Shown: piece by piece, positions 13,301 through 25,300 of the stretch
Layout of the letters: every line of letters begins with the position of its first letter
How positions within the stretch are numbered: position 1 is the first letter of the stretch
Source: Orbicella franksi
Lineage: Eukaryota
Length of the DNA: 64,000 nucleotides
Assembly: GCA_964199315.1 (NCBI GenBank)
Contig: OZ116705.1
Location: 29,202,001 to 29,266,000 of the forward strand
Direction of reading: 5' to 3'
Program-made: the position numbers and the translations under genes
The notes under the pieces: model-generated
The model's database searches: none
What the model was told of the DNA's origin: nothing
What the model saw: only the letters and a program-made list of their open reading frames with translations

Positions 13301-16300
13301 ATTTCCACCCTTAGCAGAGCACCATACTGATAAGAACCCATGAATTGCTTTTGTCAAGGTCATAAGTTGACTGCTGCCCCTGTGCTGGTCCTCAATTGGA
13401 TCACAGGCTCAAGCCAGGTTTACGTATTGTAATCAGGAGCTCCACTCTTAGGCTTAGCTTTATCTATATTAAATAATTAATCAGTTTTACACAGCAAGAC
13501 ATTAGTACTTTAATACCTGTTTGATGTTTTCGTTTCTTTCGACTGTGCCTGATAACTCTCTTCATCCTATTCCAGATCAGTGAGCTTGTGTTATCAATGC
13601 TGAACAATGGTGGAACCACATGTTTCCCATATTCCTTACCAGAAATCCTCTTCTGTATTTCTGATTTCATCTCTGCAATGTCTTGAGACGATTGTTTGTC
13701 AGCATGTGTGCCTACAATGAGTACTGGAGGTCGCAGATAGCGCAGCGTACTTTCAGCATCAATATCTGATTCTCCTTTCACTTGTGTAATACTGTGAATT
13801 GTGGCAAGCCAGGATAGCAAATTCTCCAGATTTGTTTCACTGTTTGGGTTTTTCAGAGGGATGTCACAAGTACCTTGTCTAACACACGGCTGAGTTTGCG
13901 CAAGTAATGGCTTCTTGAGATTGTGCACTAAAATATACAGTGCACGTGATGATAAGAAAAGTGGGTGAGAGGCATAGTACAGGTGCTGTCCAGCAAAATC
14001 CCACACATCCAAACTGGTAACAGATTGTTCTTTAGTGATATCACTTTCAACATGTTTACCTCTAACATACTTCAGGAACTGATGAACATACTTTGTGACA
14101 TCATCAGGAGGTGAAGTGGCATTGATCATTACCTCAGGCTCATTCAGCTCAATTTCACTTCCACATTCAGGGAAATGTTCACCATTGTTAACATGGGACT
14201 GCTTTGACATTGCTTTTGCTTTTCTTGATGGTGAGGAAATTTCAGAGTCTACAATCTCTTCAACCTAGAATAGAGCATAAAACAAAAAAAAAATGAATAA
14301 TGACATATATAATAATTACAAGTACGTCACAGGTACTCAGAAAAAGACCCTGGCTGACAGTTCCATGTCAACTCACTCTAAGACAGACAAGCATTTTCTG
14401 TCTAGCTGACAGAGGTGACCTGACATTAGTAATCCAAAGATATGAAAATGGAAGCTAACCAGTACAGCAAATACATCAGCTCAGATTGTTTGTTACATGT
14501 TGCAAACTTAAGACTAACAAAGGAGGAAGCGCTTTTGTTCTCAAATTCTCAGGTGAAAGTTAACCTGTTTCTGCTACATTTGAGATGTCTGCATTAAATC
14601 TACATTGTACCTCTAAACTTTTAACTTTATTCAAACCTTATGCTTGTTGGGATCATTTCTGTCAGCACTTAATTCCAAGTCCATCACTTTTCTGTCAAAA
14701 TTCCGGTAAGAAATTTGTTCAGACAATCCTCCCTCTTCTTCTTTAAAATGTTCTTCTTCTGTCATTGTAGCTGCTTCTCTTGCTGTTGTAGAATGTCCCT
14801 TTTCTAATTTCAACGTTATGTCACACAGTTTCTCTGCCACCATCCTTGACATCTCTGTAGGACTAATAACCAATCCTGGTTTGTTCTCATGGGTGGAATG
14901 CCAGTTCTTAACTTGTTCAACTTCAATTTCACATGTTGAAGCCTGTACTTCAATTCCCTCTGTACTCTGTTCTTTAGGGTCAAATGGCAGGCCTAAGAGA
15001 CTCTTCTTTAGACTGGTTTTACCAGCACGGTCCTGACCAATTAGTAATATGCGACCACGGTAAACATTTACAAAGCCGTCTCTCAGGGCCTTTTCATAAG
15101 CCAGTTGTGCTCTTTGTCCTTCGGCTTTTTGTTTAAATACATGACCTAATACAAAAATGTAAGAAGGAAATTCTGGTCAATTACTGAGATTATAATTAAC
15201 TTATAGCTCATGAGGTTTGAACAATGCTAATCACAAAGTGTAGTTTATAATTCTTATATAAAGCCTTATACATGTAAGACATGTAAGTATAACATGAATA
15301 TGGTAAATATACTGAAATGTGTCAATGAAGAGGAAGGGAATTTCACATCTTGTAAAGATATTTTTTAACCATTTGTATGTGTCATGTAAACATTAATTGT
15401 GTAAAAGTTGGGTTGTGTCCTCGTGTACTGGTTAACGAAAATTGCGTGACCAAGTACCGGTTAACGAAAATTGCGTTACCAACCAAAACATAGCGTGAAA
15501 ACTAATTAACAAAAAAATTCGGGACACTAGTCGACCGAAAGATAGGGTGGCTTGAGTCATAGAAATGTTTGGATGGCCAGTTTGGTTTATTTGGCCAGTT
15601 GGGTCACTTTTGCCATTTAGGCTAAGTGGGCCACCTAGGCCAGCTGGGTCACTTGGGCCATTTGGGTCAGTTGGGTCACTTGGGCCATTTGGGTCAGTTG
15701 GGTCACTTGTGCCATTTAGGCTAGTTGGGTCACCTGGGCGACTTAGTCCAGTTGGGTCACTTGGGCCATTTGGTATTTAGGCCAGCTGGGTCACTTGGGC
15801 CACTTAGGCCAGTTGAGTCACTAGGGCCATTTGGAGCATTTAGGCCATTATTCCCGGTCATTTAGTTTGGGTCACTTGGGCCAGTTGGGACATTAAGGGC
15901 CGAACTTTTCCCGCCAGAATACATCCGCTGACCAACGCGCCTGTCTGCATTATTCCCGCCATCGTCCAGCTATATAAACGCTTTAAAACGTACATAGCCA
16001 CTTTAAACGGTCCTAACCCACTAGTTTTCGATTTTCGTCGGAGCATTATGGACACACAAAGTAATGTCACTTCTACCACAGAACTGGAATCTCAGCTGGA
16101 CCAAATTCGACTTTCTATCGACGAAATTGTACCCCAACGTGTTCGTCAATGGCTTTCGGCGTTTGCATGCAGCAATGGCACGACGAGCGAGATGCTGCTT
16201 TGTTCTTCCTTGGTGTCTACGAGTTCTTTACTTGGTCATACAACGGTTAAGCTTTTTGGCTCCTACGAGGAGAAGGCAAATCTTCATCTTATCGCTACTG

Positions 16301-19300
16301 CTCCTTCTGGAACGGGAAAAACACCAGCTTGCCAGAAGGGATGCGTTGAGCCTATCGTGGGTCACGTTGAAGAAAAGATCCAAGCCAGCATTGTCATAGA
16401 TGAGACATCATCAAGTGGCCTGTTCAACCATTTTCTGGGAGGTTTGTGTTTTAGACACTGTTAACTATTTTTTTTGCGTGTAGTAAGCACCCTAGTATTA
16501 TAAACATTAAAGGCAATGGAATTTCCCAGGGAAAATTGTGTGACACAGGGTCAATAACAAGATAGCGTGACAAATGAAATGGAAGCCTTAACAAATAAAA
16601 GACAATACCAATGAAAAAAATATGAATATTTCACTTATCATATTCACTATAATTTTTAAAAATGTTAAGTTGTTTGTTAGTAATGCAACAGAATTTGTGT
16701 ACCTAATTGTTAGTCTGTTCTTTACAAGCATTACTAAACATGTGACCTAACCTACTTCCATTTTAGGGTAGGTGGGTAGATTAGGGAATTTTAGTAGTTA
16801 GGTTAATTTTTATTCAAATTAACTAACATTCACCTACCAAGCAAGATCTTAGTAAACAATTTGTCAAGTATAACCAAATTGATAATAAAAATTATAACAT
16901 GGCAATTCATTTTTGTAGCCTCAACTGTGCCAATCCTGTGTGTCGACGAGGCATACTCACTCCTGCAGAGACTGACACATCAAGGAAAGTCAACATCTCA
17001 GATGAGTCTCTCAATGGAACGTCTCTGCAAATGCTACGATGGGGATTTCTGGTATGTACTTAAAGGGACAAAAGGCAAGCGTGTTGGCGTTACATCTGCC
17101 AAATTAGCCCTCCTCGCATTTACCACCCCCCAGCAATTCCTTGAGTCAGTATGGCCAAAAATTGTAGCCTCCAAAAATGGCTTGGCAGAGAGAATGCTGT
17201 TCTTTTATCAAAGAAGATCAGAAGATCTTGACCTGGAAGCCATGGCAGAAAATTCAGATTCCCTTGATGAGTTTGCTGTGAAATCACTTGGGGATGTCTT
17301 CGAAAAGATTTATGTGGAACACAACACGACACCAGCTCTAAAGTATACCCTGACTGCCACTGCCAAGGAACTTTTCTTCAAGTACAGCAAACCAAGTGAA
17401 GATGATAGCCAAGGTGCCGGCATTTGTGGAATTATTTCCACAGGTTCAAAGAAATACAAAAACACTTTGCGTGTTGCATTAAACATGCATGTGCTGTACC
17501 GCCTAACCAAAGCTCTTGATTTAGAGTCAGGTACCACACCAACAGCAATAACTGCAGAGACCATGCAAATGGCAATAACATTCACTGAGACTCTTGAGAC
17601 CATGAAGGGAATCTCAGAACTGGTGAGATTTTGTAAACAAGAATATTAATAATGGTTTATAATTTGCATTCTGGTTGGTTTTTTCCATTCCATTGTCGGA
17701 AAGGCATGCCACTGTATTCAACAGAATGTTTTTAAACCTGTTTTGGTCTACAAGCTCTTAACTTGGGAGGTTTTTATGTTGGTTAATTTGAAGGCATGTA
17801 TTATGGCGACAGGGAAATGACTGTATCCTGGACAAGGGTGGGTGTTTAATGTTTCATCCTCCACAGGGTGTTCTATTTTCATAGCAAAAGTGGCTAAATA
17901 ATGATTGGGAGACCAAGATTGAGCTTCATATAGCTAAAGTGGCCGCTTGAAGGTAGCAAGGGAGATAAGCCAGATTGCTTGTGGTGTTTCCTGTGGGTTA
18001 CTAATTAAATGTTTACTATTGAGGGGGAGGGTGACTGGGGATGAGGCAGTGCTTTATGTGTAACACCATCACTCATGCTTAGAATGTGAAAATTCCAAAC
18101 AAGCCTGATTAACCAGGGAGGTACCCAGAAACTTCCACAAATGCCCAATTGAAAAAAGGTATATTATTATTATTGTTATATTGTGGAAATTTCTGATTTG
18201 GTAAAGAGAAACCCAAGTACAATGTATATTTTGGGGTTCAAATCTGTTTGCTTTAAAACTTCTGAACAGGTTCAATTTTTTTATTTCGTTTGTTTGTTCA
18301 GACAATAGAAAATAAATTGAACAGAATTTAAACCAAAGATGTCCCTTACATGTAATATGCACTCAATATTCAAACACTGCTGATGACTTAACAAGGCTTA
18401 TTTTAATTTAAGTTGAATACGTTTATTTTACAGTCGTGCCGTCTGCAAAGGTCATCAATGGGACTCAAGGTGGGAGTTCTTAGTGAGGATATACAAAACA
18501 GAATTCTGCGTCTACCTGGACCGTTTGTATGTGCACGAAGAGTGGTACGAAGCTACTCCTCGACAAGGAGGCCAAGCAGTAAAGCTGTCCAGGAAGCCAT
18601 GGCAAGCTTACAGGATACTGGGACTGGTACAGTTCTGACACTTAACAAATTGGTAGTTTTTCTTAAGAAACTTCCAACAGCCGTAAGCCTACACGCTATT
18701 GCTGCTTGTGGCCTTACACCCGAAGAATACAGGCTTGCTTTTATAAAAATAGATGACAAGATAACAGCAGACATGCAGGAAACTGTCATGGATGCTCATC
18801 CACAAAAGGATGAGATTGAAGCATTCTTGGCAACATCAAAATAGAGTTGCAAACTAGAGGCCTTAATAATGCTGCAATACAACTCTTGTAATAACAATAA
18901 TATTAACCTGAATATACATGTAATCAACATACTGAGCAATCTCACCTGAAACATATTTTTGTTAATGTTTCCTGACAGTGGAAGATGTATATATCAATAA
19001 AACAATTTCAGAATATGATTAATTTTATACATAAGTGTATTGATATTGATATTTTTTAGCACTAATTGAAACAAAGTAATCGTGGTAGTGAAGGATAGTT
19101 TAAGAATATTAATGCTGAAGTTCATTTACTTATTGTATTTTTACAGTTCTTTCATTAATTTATACAAAGATGCAATATATATATTTTTTAAATTTAACAC
19201 AACAGAGAATAATATATTATTAAGTTATTGAATAGAAAATAAAAGTTCTTGTTCACTCAAATTATAGGTAAATTGCAATGTTTACTATTTACAATGTTCA

Positions 19301-22300
19301 TCTAACAATCTGGGTGTTTTGCTAGCTCACTAGGCCATTATACAGTTGTCTGCTTAGTGACCTGACCTTTGAATGGCAGCGAGGCTGCAGGTGACCTTGT
19401 TTTGATACAGGCCTTACTACATTTGTTGTGTAAATCAAGTTGTCTTTATGCTAATTAGTTGGCATCTACAAGAGAAAAGCAGAGAGGTCTGTATCAAAGC
19501 AAGGTCACGTCCAGCCTCGCTTGCATTCATGGCCAGGTAGCCAAGCATGCAACTGTAAAATGACCTATTGTAATAGAAAACCAGATACTTGCAAAACCTC
19601 TAAACAGTTAACCTGTATTGCTTTGTAGTGCGATGTATTTACACAGGCACAACAAAACCTTGAACAAAGAAGAAAAAAGTACTCCCACAAAACCGCGACA
19701 ATGATACCCTGAATCACATGTTACGTAAAACCAATTTTAACAAGGCCTTATTAGTTGGGAAAATACAATATGACAGACATCATGTATTGGTTCATGTGAA
19801 CACTCACTGGGTTTGTCCAATTAGAACCAGTTAAGTTCAACTTGCTTTTTGTCAAGGGCTTCAAAACCCTTAGCCACTTTCTTGATGCACTGAAGTTTTC
19901 CCTCTATTTGCTTGACTTTCTTTGGTTGCAAGGGACTTCCAACATTACTTAAAATGTTATGAAGTCTGGAATAGTATTCATGCACTTTGGAAGATTCAAT
20001 GCTAATACCTTTCAATGTGGCAACATTCACAAGGCAATCTAGTGTAAGAGTTTCCACCTCAGACCACCCTGTGACTGGATTTAAACCTTGTTTGATCAAA
20101 TAATCTAGACTGGATGTGCTTTCTTTGACCTCTTGCAGTTTTTGCTTTGGTCTGTATCTAGGAACTGTTACGTGTGTGTATGCCTGCTTGGCAGCCTCGG
20201 AACTGCCATAAGGGTTCCCACAATCAACACATTTACATCTATAGGAACAACCAGCCATGGTATTGTAGCACTTACACCGGCTCTTGTTTCCATTCGGTAC
20301 TTGAAGACAGAATTTTCTTCCATCTTTCTTAGCAGAACCACGACCACACGAACAGTGCTCTGGTAGGTGTTCCTTTGGTACAGTGTTGCTAGATGTACTT
20401 GTGGAACTTACATGGGGTGGCATGGACTCATTCACATTCTCCAAAGGTACCACACAGTGATATAATTCTGGTTGACCAACACTGTATCCCAGAAGAAGAG
20501 CTTTAGTAGCAACACAAGGCAACAACGGGGAAACTGGTACCACTGGCATGTGGTCCAGTGATGTGAAAAAGACAATGTTGAGCCTCAGAGTCTGGGATAG
20601 ACCAATTCCAAGGACATTCCCCAACTCATCTATAAAAAATGGATATATAATATGAAAAAATATGAAAAAAGAAAGAAGTAGTCAAATGTGTCCTAATAAA
20701 TATTTTAACAACCAAAAAAGATATATTAATGTACTTGAGAACACATTTTCCAGTTTCAAGAAGTTATTATTACTGGAAAGCATTATTCAAATTGACAAGT
20801 TTGGTGTATTATTCCAAAACATTCAACTTAGTAAACCCCTACATAGTTACACTCAAGTCATCCTTGCAGTCAGGAGGATGTAAGTTTTCAATGAAAGGAT
20901 AGAATCTAATGTTAGCACTGATCCGTGTAAAGATGCGATGTGGGATGTGGGATGTGGGATCTGTCCCATTCAAGCAAAACCTTAAAGGATATTTGGTACC
21001 ACTTAATATAATTTAATAGTTCTTTTGTTCCCATGTTCCTTGCAATATCAGGTCTTATCATATGGCTAGCTTCGTGAGTGGGCAAGATGAATCAAATCCT
21101 GCTCTGTGATTGGCTACGCACCATGTCCGCAGGAAAAATTTCCGTGAAAGCCATAGACTAAATCCTTTATTCACCAAGCTTGTGTGGTCAACATGGCAGG
21201 ATATTGGCCTTGTTCTTTTTTTTTTTGCGTGTTTATGGACCTTGACTCTGTCTCAGTCCATAAACACACAGAAAAAAAACTTGGCCAATATCCAGTCATC
21301 TTGAACTCACACTTGGTCAATAACCCATACAAATTGGCATGTCCACTTACTTGAAAAGTAACCACACTCTCTGTATTTGTTTACTTCCTCTTCATAATCC
21401 TCATTTGGTGACAACAGGGCATGTTTGTACCTTTGGGGATTGCTTAGCATCTCATTGACAACAAGCTCCCGCAATTCTTTCACAATGTTAAGGTCACTAC
21501 TGTCTGCCAATGAAATTCCAAGAGAGCACAAATGCTTCTGTAGAGTAGATGAAGATGTTGAGATTTCCTTTAGCTGGCTTAGAATGCTGAGAAAAATGCT
21601 ATCTGCTGGCAAGCCATAGGTCTCTGTGGCAAGCTTCAGGTTGTAACCCAGTAGATTCTTATTTAGCCTTTCAGAATGCTCAGCAACTTTCTCAGTATTG
21701 AATGTGGAGTTACTGAACAAAAGTAAGCTGCAGGGCATCAAGTAGAGAAGCTTGAAACTCAACCTGGGATTTGTACAGAGTGACCTTAGCTGATTGCAAA
21801 GAACAGACATGTTCACTGCCTGGCAAAAAATGCTGTTTAGCTCACTGTCAGTGAACCCATCATTGCTTGTGTCATGACAGTCAGCAGTGTTGTTATCGTA
21901 CATTTCAAGTAAAATACTCTGCATGACTTGAGGGTCATATGCACTGGGTACACTGGCATTTTCAGGATCACTTGATTCTGGGATTATGCCAAACCTTTCA
22001 GTTGTTGGTTTAAACCCTTGATCTTCTAGTGCTGCTCTGTAGGATAAGATAGGCCTTACACAGGTTGAGGGTAACTCTGAAGCACTTCTTCTTTCATTCC
22101 AGATGTAAAAGAAGGTTGCCAATAATGCCTCAGCCAATTCACAACCAAGTCTTGACCGGGCTATTACAGCCCTCAAGTTTTTGTGCAGATTTTCATTTCT
22201 GGTAGAGCCACCACCAACAGGAATACCTGACAAACAGCCTCTTTCGATATGTACCTTCAAATTCACTATTTCATGCATAACATTTGCATTCAAAACAGCC

Positions 22301-25300
22301 TCCCCAGTGTCATATTTGATATCTTTCCATCTCTCTGTGAAACGTTCAAGGTTACTCATTATGGTTTGTTCATCTGGTGTCTCCATCTCCCTCATTTCAC
22401 CTTGGTCTGCATCAGCTCTGAATATCATTTTAAAGTCATCTATGAAAGATGAGGACAGGTAGTGCTTTCTGTCCTTTGGCACTTTAGAGGTAACTCTTTG
22501 GATGGCATGAAACAAGTCAAGCTTAACTGACAGATTTGGAAAAATCTGCTGTAGTTTGCTGCGAACCTTGCAGCAGTCATCCACAAAAATTGTATCACAA
22601 GTAACTTTCTGTTGATCAAATCTACACTTTAAATTCTTCAATATGTCCTCCACCCTACTCATTGCAGTACCCTTTGTTAGTTTGTACGTGAGTACTTGGC
22701 CAACTTCATTTAAAACAATATACAGGGAATCGAATTGCGTAGACCATGATCCATCTGGGAGCATGCATCCAATGTTTGCAGCAACTTTGAATGTGTGGTC
22801 GGCACTCATCCATTTCGCTGTTTTCTCACTCATGTTTTGCCTAAAAAACTGTTTATTCTCTTTAAAAATGTACAGAAAGCACTGATGAACTGTATCTGTG
22901 CTAGGTGTTGGTCTCCACTCTTCAAAAGAAGGGAATTTTGGAAGTTTCTCTTTGTCTAAAGACGGATTTTTCTCTAGATATGTAGTGATATGTCTTGCGT
23001 ACCTACACTGTCTTTCAGCAAAGTTGTCCAGGTATCTCTGCGCTAAAAACAGTTCAATTTCATTAAATGGCTGTCCGCTTGAAGCCAATGCGAAAATCAA
23101 AGAACAGAGCTCGGCAGTAAATCCTAACTTGTGACCAAGATGAAATTTAATATCACCTGGTGGTATGTTCTCTAGTAGTCTGGGGTCATGACCGGCGATT
23201 TCGTGTCCTTGAGTGCATCGATACACGCGGCTTACCAATAACATAGGACCATTTACGCAATAAATTTGTCGTGGCATATCTCGGTCACTCTTTCCATCTT
23301 TCCACTTACAAGGAGTAAGTATACTCGTCAGATGGCTGTGGTCATAATGAGGACAAGTGAATCCGTTCTTGAAACAATGATGCTGTTCTAACGGGTCCCA
23401 AATGATGACTCTGGGATGCAAATAATCGCCAATGTTAGGGGCACTGCTAAAGTCTGGGTTCAAATGCTGCCCTGGCTCAACAATTACAGGTCCATCCACC
23501 TTTTCCCCCTGAAGTAAACGATCTTCATAGATTTTCACATTTTGCTGCACACAGCTTAACAATTCTTGAGTGATTTTCATCGCCAAGTGCTATGGAATCA
23601 CTCCGCCATCTTGGAATTTCTTTTACCTTTAAACGAGGCTTGGGGCGAGGAGTGTCCAGGGCTTTCTCGGATGCAACTAACAAGTCTCGAATGGCCCAAA
23701 TAATTACCCAGCTACCTGCCGCAAATGACCCAACTGGCCCAAATGACCCAGCTGGCCCAAATGATCCAGTTGTCCCAAATGACCCAACCGGCCCAAATGA
23801 CCCAGCTGACCCAAATGACCTACTTGCCCCAAATGACCCAACTAGTCCAAATGACCCAGCTGGCCCAGTCGGCGCAGAAATCTATATCCCAGCTGGCCTA
23901 ACAACCTCAGATGGCCTAAGTGACCCAACTGGCCCATGAACATAATAAAAATTCCCCAACTTGCTATTCCGAAAAAATTATTTTTTTGGAAATTAAATTA
24001 AGCCATCTAGTTGTCGCGTTATCTTTTGGTTGACCGGTGTATCTTTTAGTCGACCTTGGTCACGCAATTTTCGTTAACCGGTACACCAGGACACAACCAA
24101 AAGTTGCACTCACGAATGAGCTGCACTACCAAGTTGAAAGTTCAAATTTTAAAAACTTGGAGAAACTATAAAATTTATACAGTAAAAGTATTTCCATTTT
24201 CTGCCAATTTGAATTTTTCTACACTCTGTACAGTTCATAGTGAAAATATTAACTACAATTTGAATTTTCTACACTCTTTACAGTGAAAGCATTAAATATA
24301 AGAAGCTCTTTTGTTTAGGGTTGACCTTCAGTTTCACCCAAAACGATTGAAACAAATATTGATCACCAAGCATGAAGAAAGAAGTGCTTGGGTAGTATTA
24401 TTACCAAATTCAATTTCCACAACATCAAGAAATTTTTACACTCCTTGACAATATTTTCAAATTGTTTCAAAACTCACGAACAGAAACAAGAATGCCTACA
24501 TAAATCATGCAGTTAGAATTACACTTGCAACAATAACAATCTTAAATAAGCTACATTTATTTAATATAATTCTTCTCAGGCTAAAAGATACACTAAATGG
24601 CCAGCAACACATTCGTAATTTCTAAGTTAAACTACATGTTCCAGTATTTATTTCATACACTATACTCCTTAACTGACAAACGGTCGAAACATCTTTGTAT
24701 AAGTTACACGTTGTTTTAACGTTTAAATAGAGTCAGTGTCAAACAAAACTTCGAAATAAGTACACTACTCCTTCACAATTATTTTAAGAATGTTTTGCTA
24801 CTCACGAACAGTAACGAGGATGCCTATATCATGCAGTTGAAGTTAAACTTTCCACAATAACAATCTAAATAAGCTTCACAGATATATTAAATATACTTCT
24901 TCTAAAAGATACACTAAAAGGTCAGCAGCACATTTCTAATTTTGGAATTTCTAAGTTAATTAAACTACGTGTTCCAATATTTATTTCATTCACAAGACAT
25001 AAAATCAAATACAAATAATGAGCGTTTCATATCTTTACCTGTAACATCTCTGTCAAACTTCATCGTATTCTGTAGCTTCACAACCTTTCTCATTCCTTCC
25101 AATGTTAGAGGATTACCAGCCACAGACAATCTTACCAGCTTCTTCAGTTCACCAATCTCATCAGGCAATGTAGTCAACTGGTTATCTCTCAACTCCAGTT
25201 GCAGGAGTTTCCTGAGATGTTTTATGTGTGATGATAAAACTGTCAGCTTGTTGTTACTCACATACAGCCCTACCAGCTTCTTCAGTTCACCAATCTCATC

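Larger units (their letters stand above)
1..13600. repeat. Tandem segmental duplication unit A (homologous to 46813-64000)
   Basis: Position 1 (cgcagcccgagtcaactatgac) matches 46813. The repeats, LRR array, introns and exons are colinear up to the Roc exon; period ~46.8 kb. Confidence 0.93.
15411..24098. mobile_element. 8688-bp Mutator-like (MULE-type DDE) DNA transposon with two convergent genes, inserted in intron 1 of Roco copy A
   Basis: 44-bp TIRs GGTTGTGTCCT(C/G)GTGTAC(T/C)GGTTAACGAAAATTGCGTGACCAAG (15411-15454 and 24055-24098, 2 mismatches). Exact 8-bp TSD AAAAGTTG at 15403-15410 and 24099-24106. The superfamily call rests on motifs only. Confidence 0.9.

Noticed and set aside
21307-21350. 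Last 15 codons of the 759-aa transposase ORF
   Set aside because: They are intronic. A gtaagt donor at 21350 splices in frame to 20629, so ORFs 21307-23586 and 19821-20624 are one gene.
23592-23939. ORF with PNDPTG repeats (and its mirror 15565-15780) resembling a collagen-like or surface protein
   Set aside because: It is the translation of the transposon's 9/18-bp subterminal repeats, which are mirrored at the other end.
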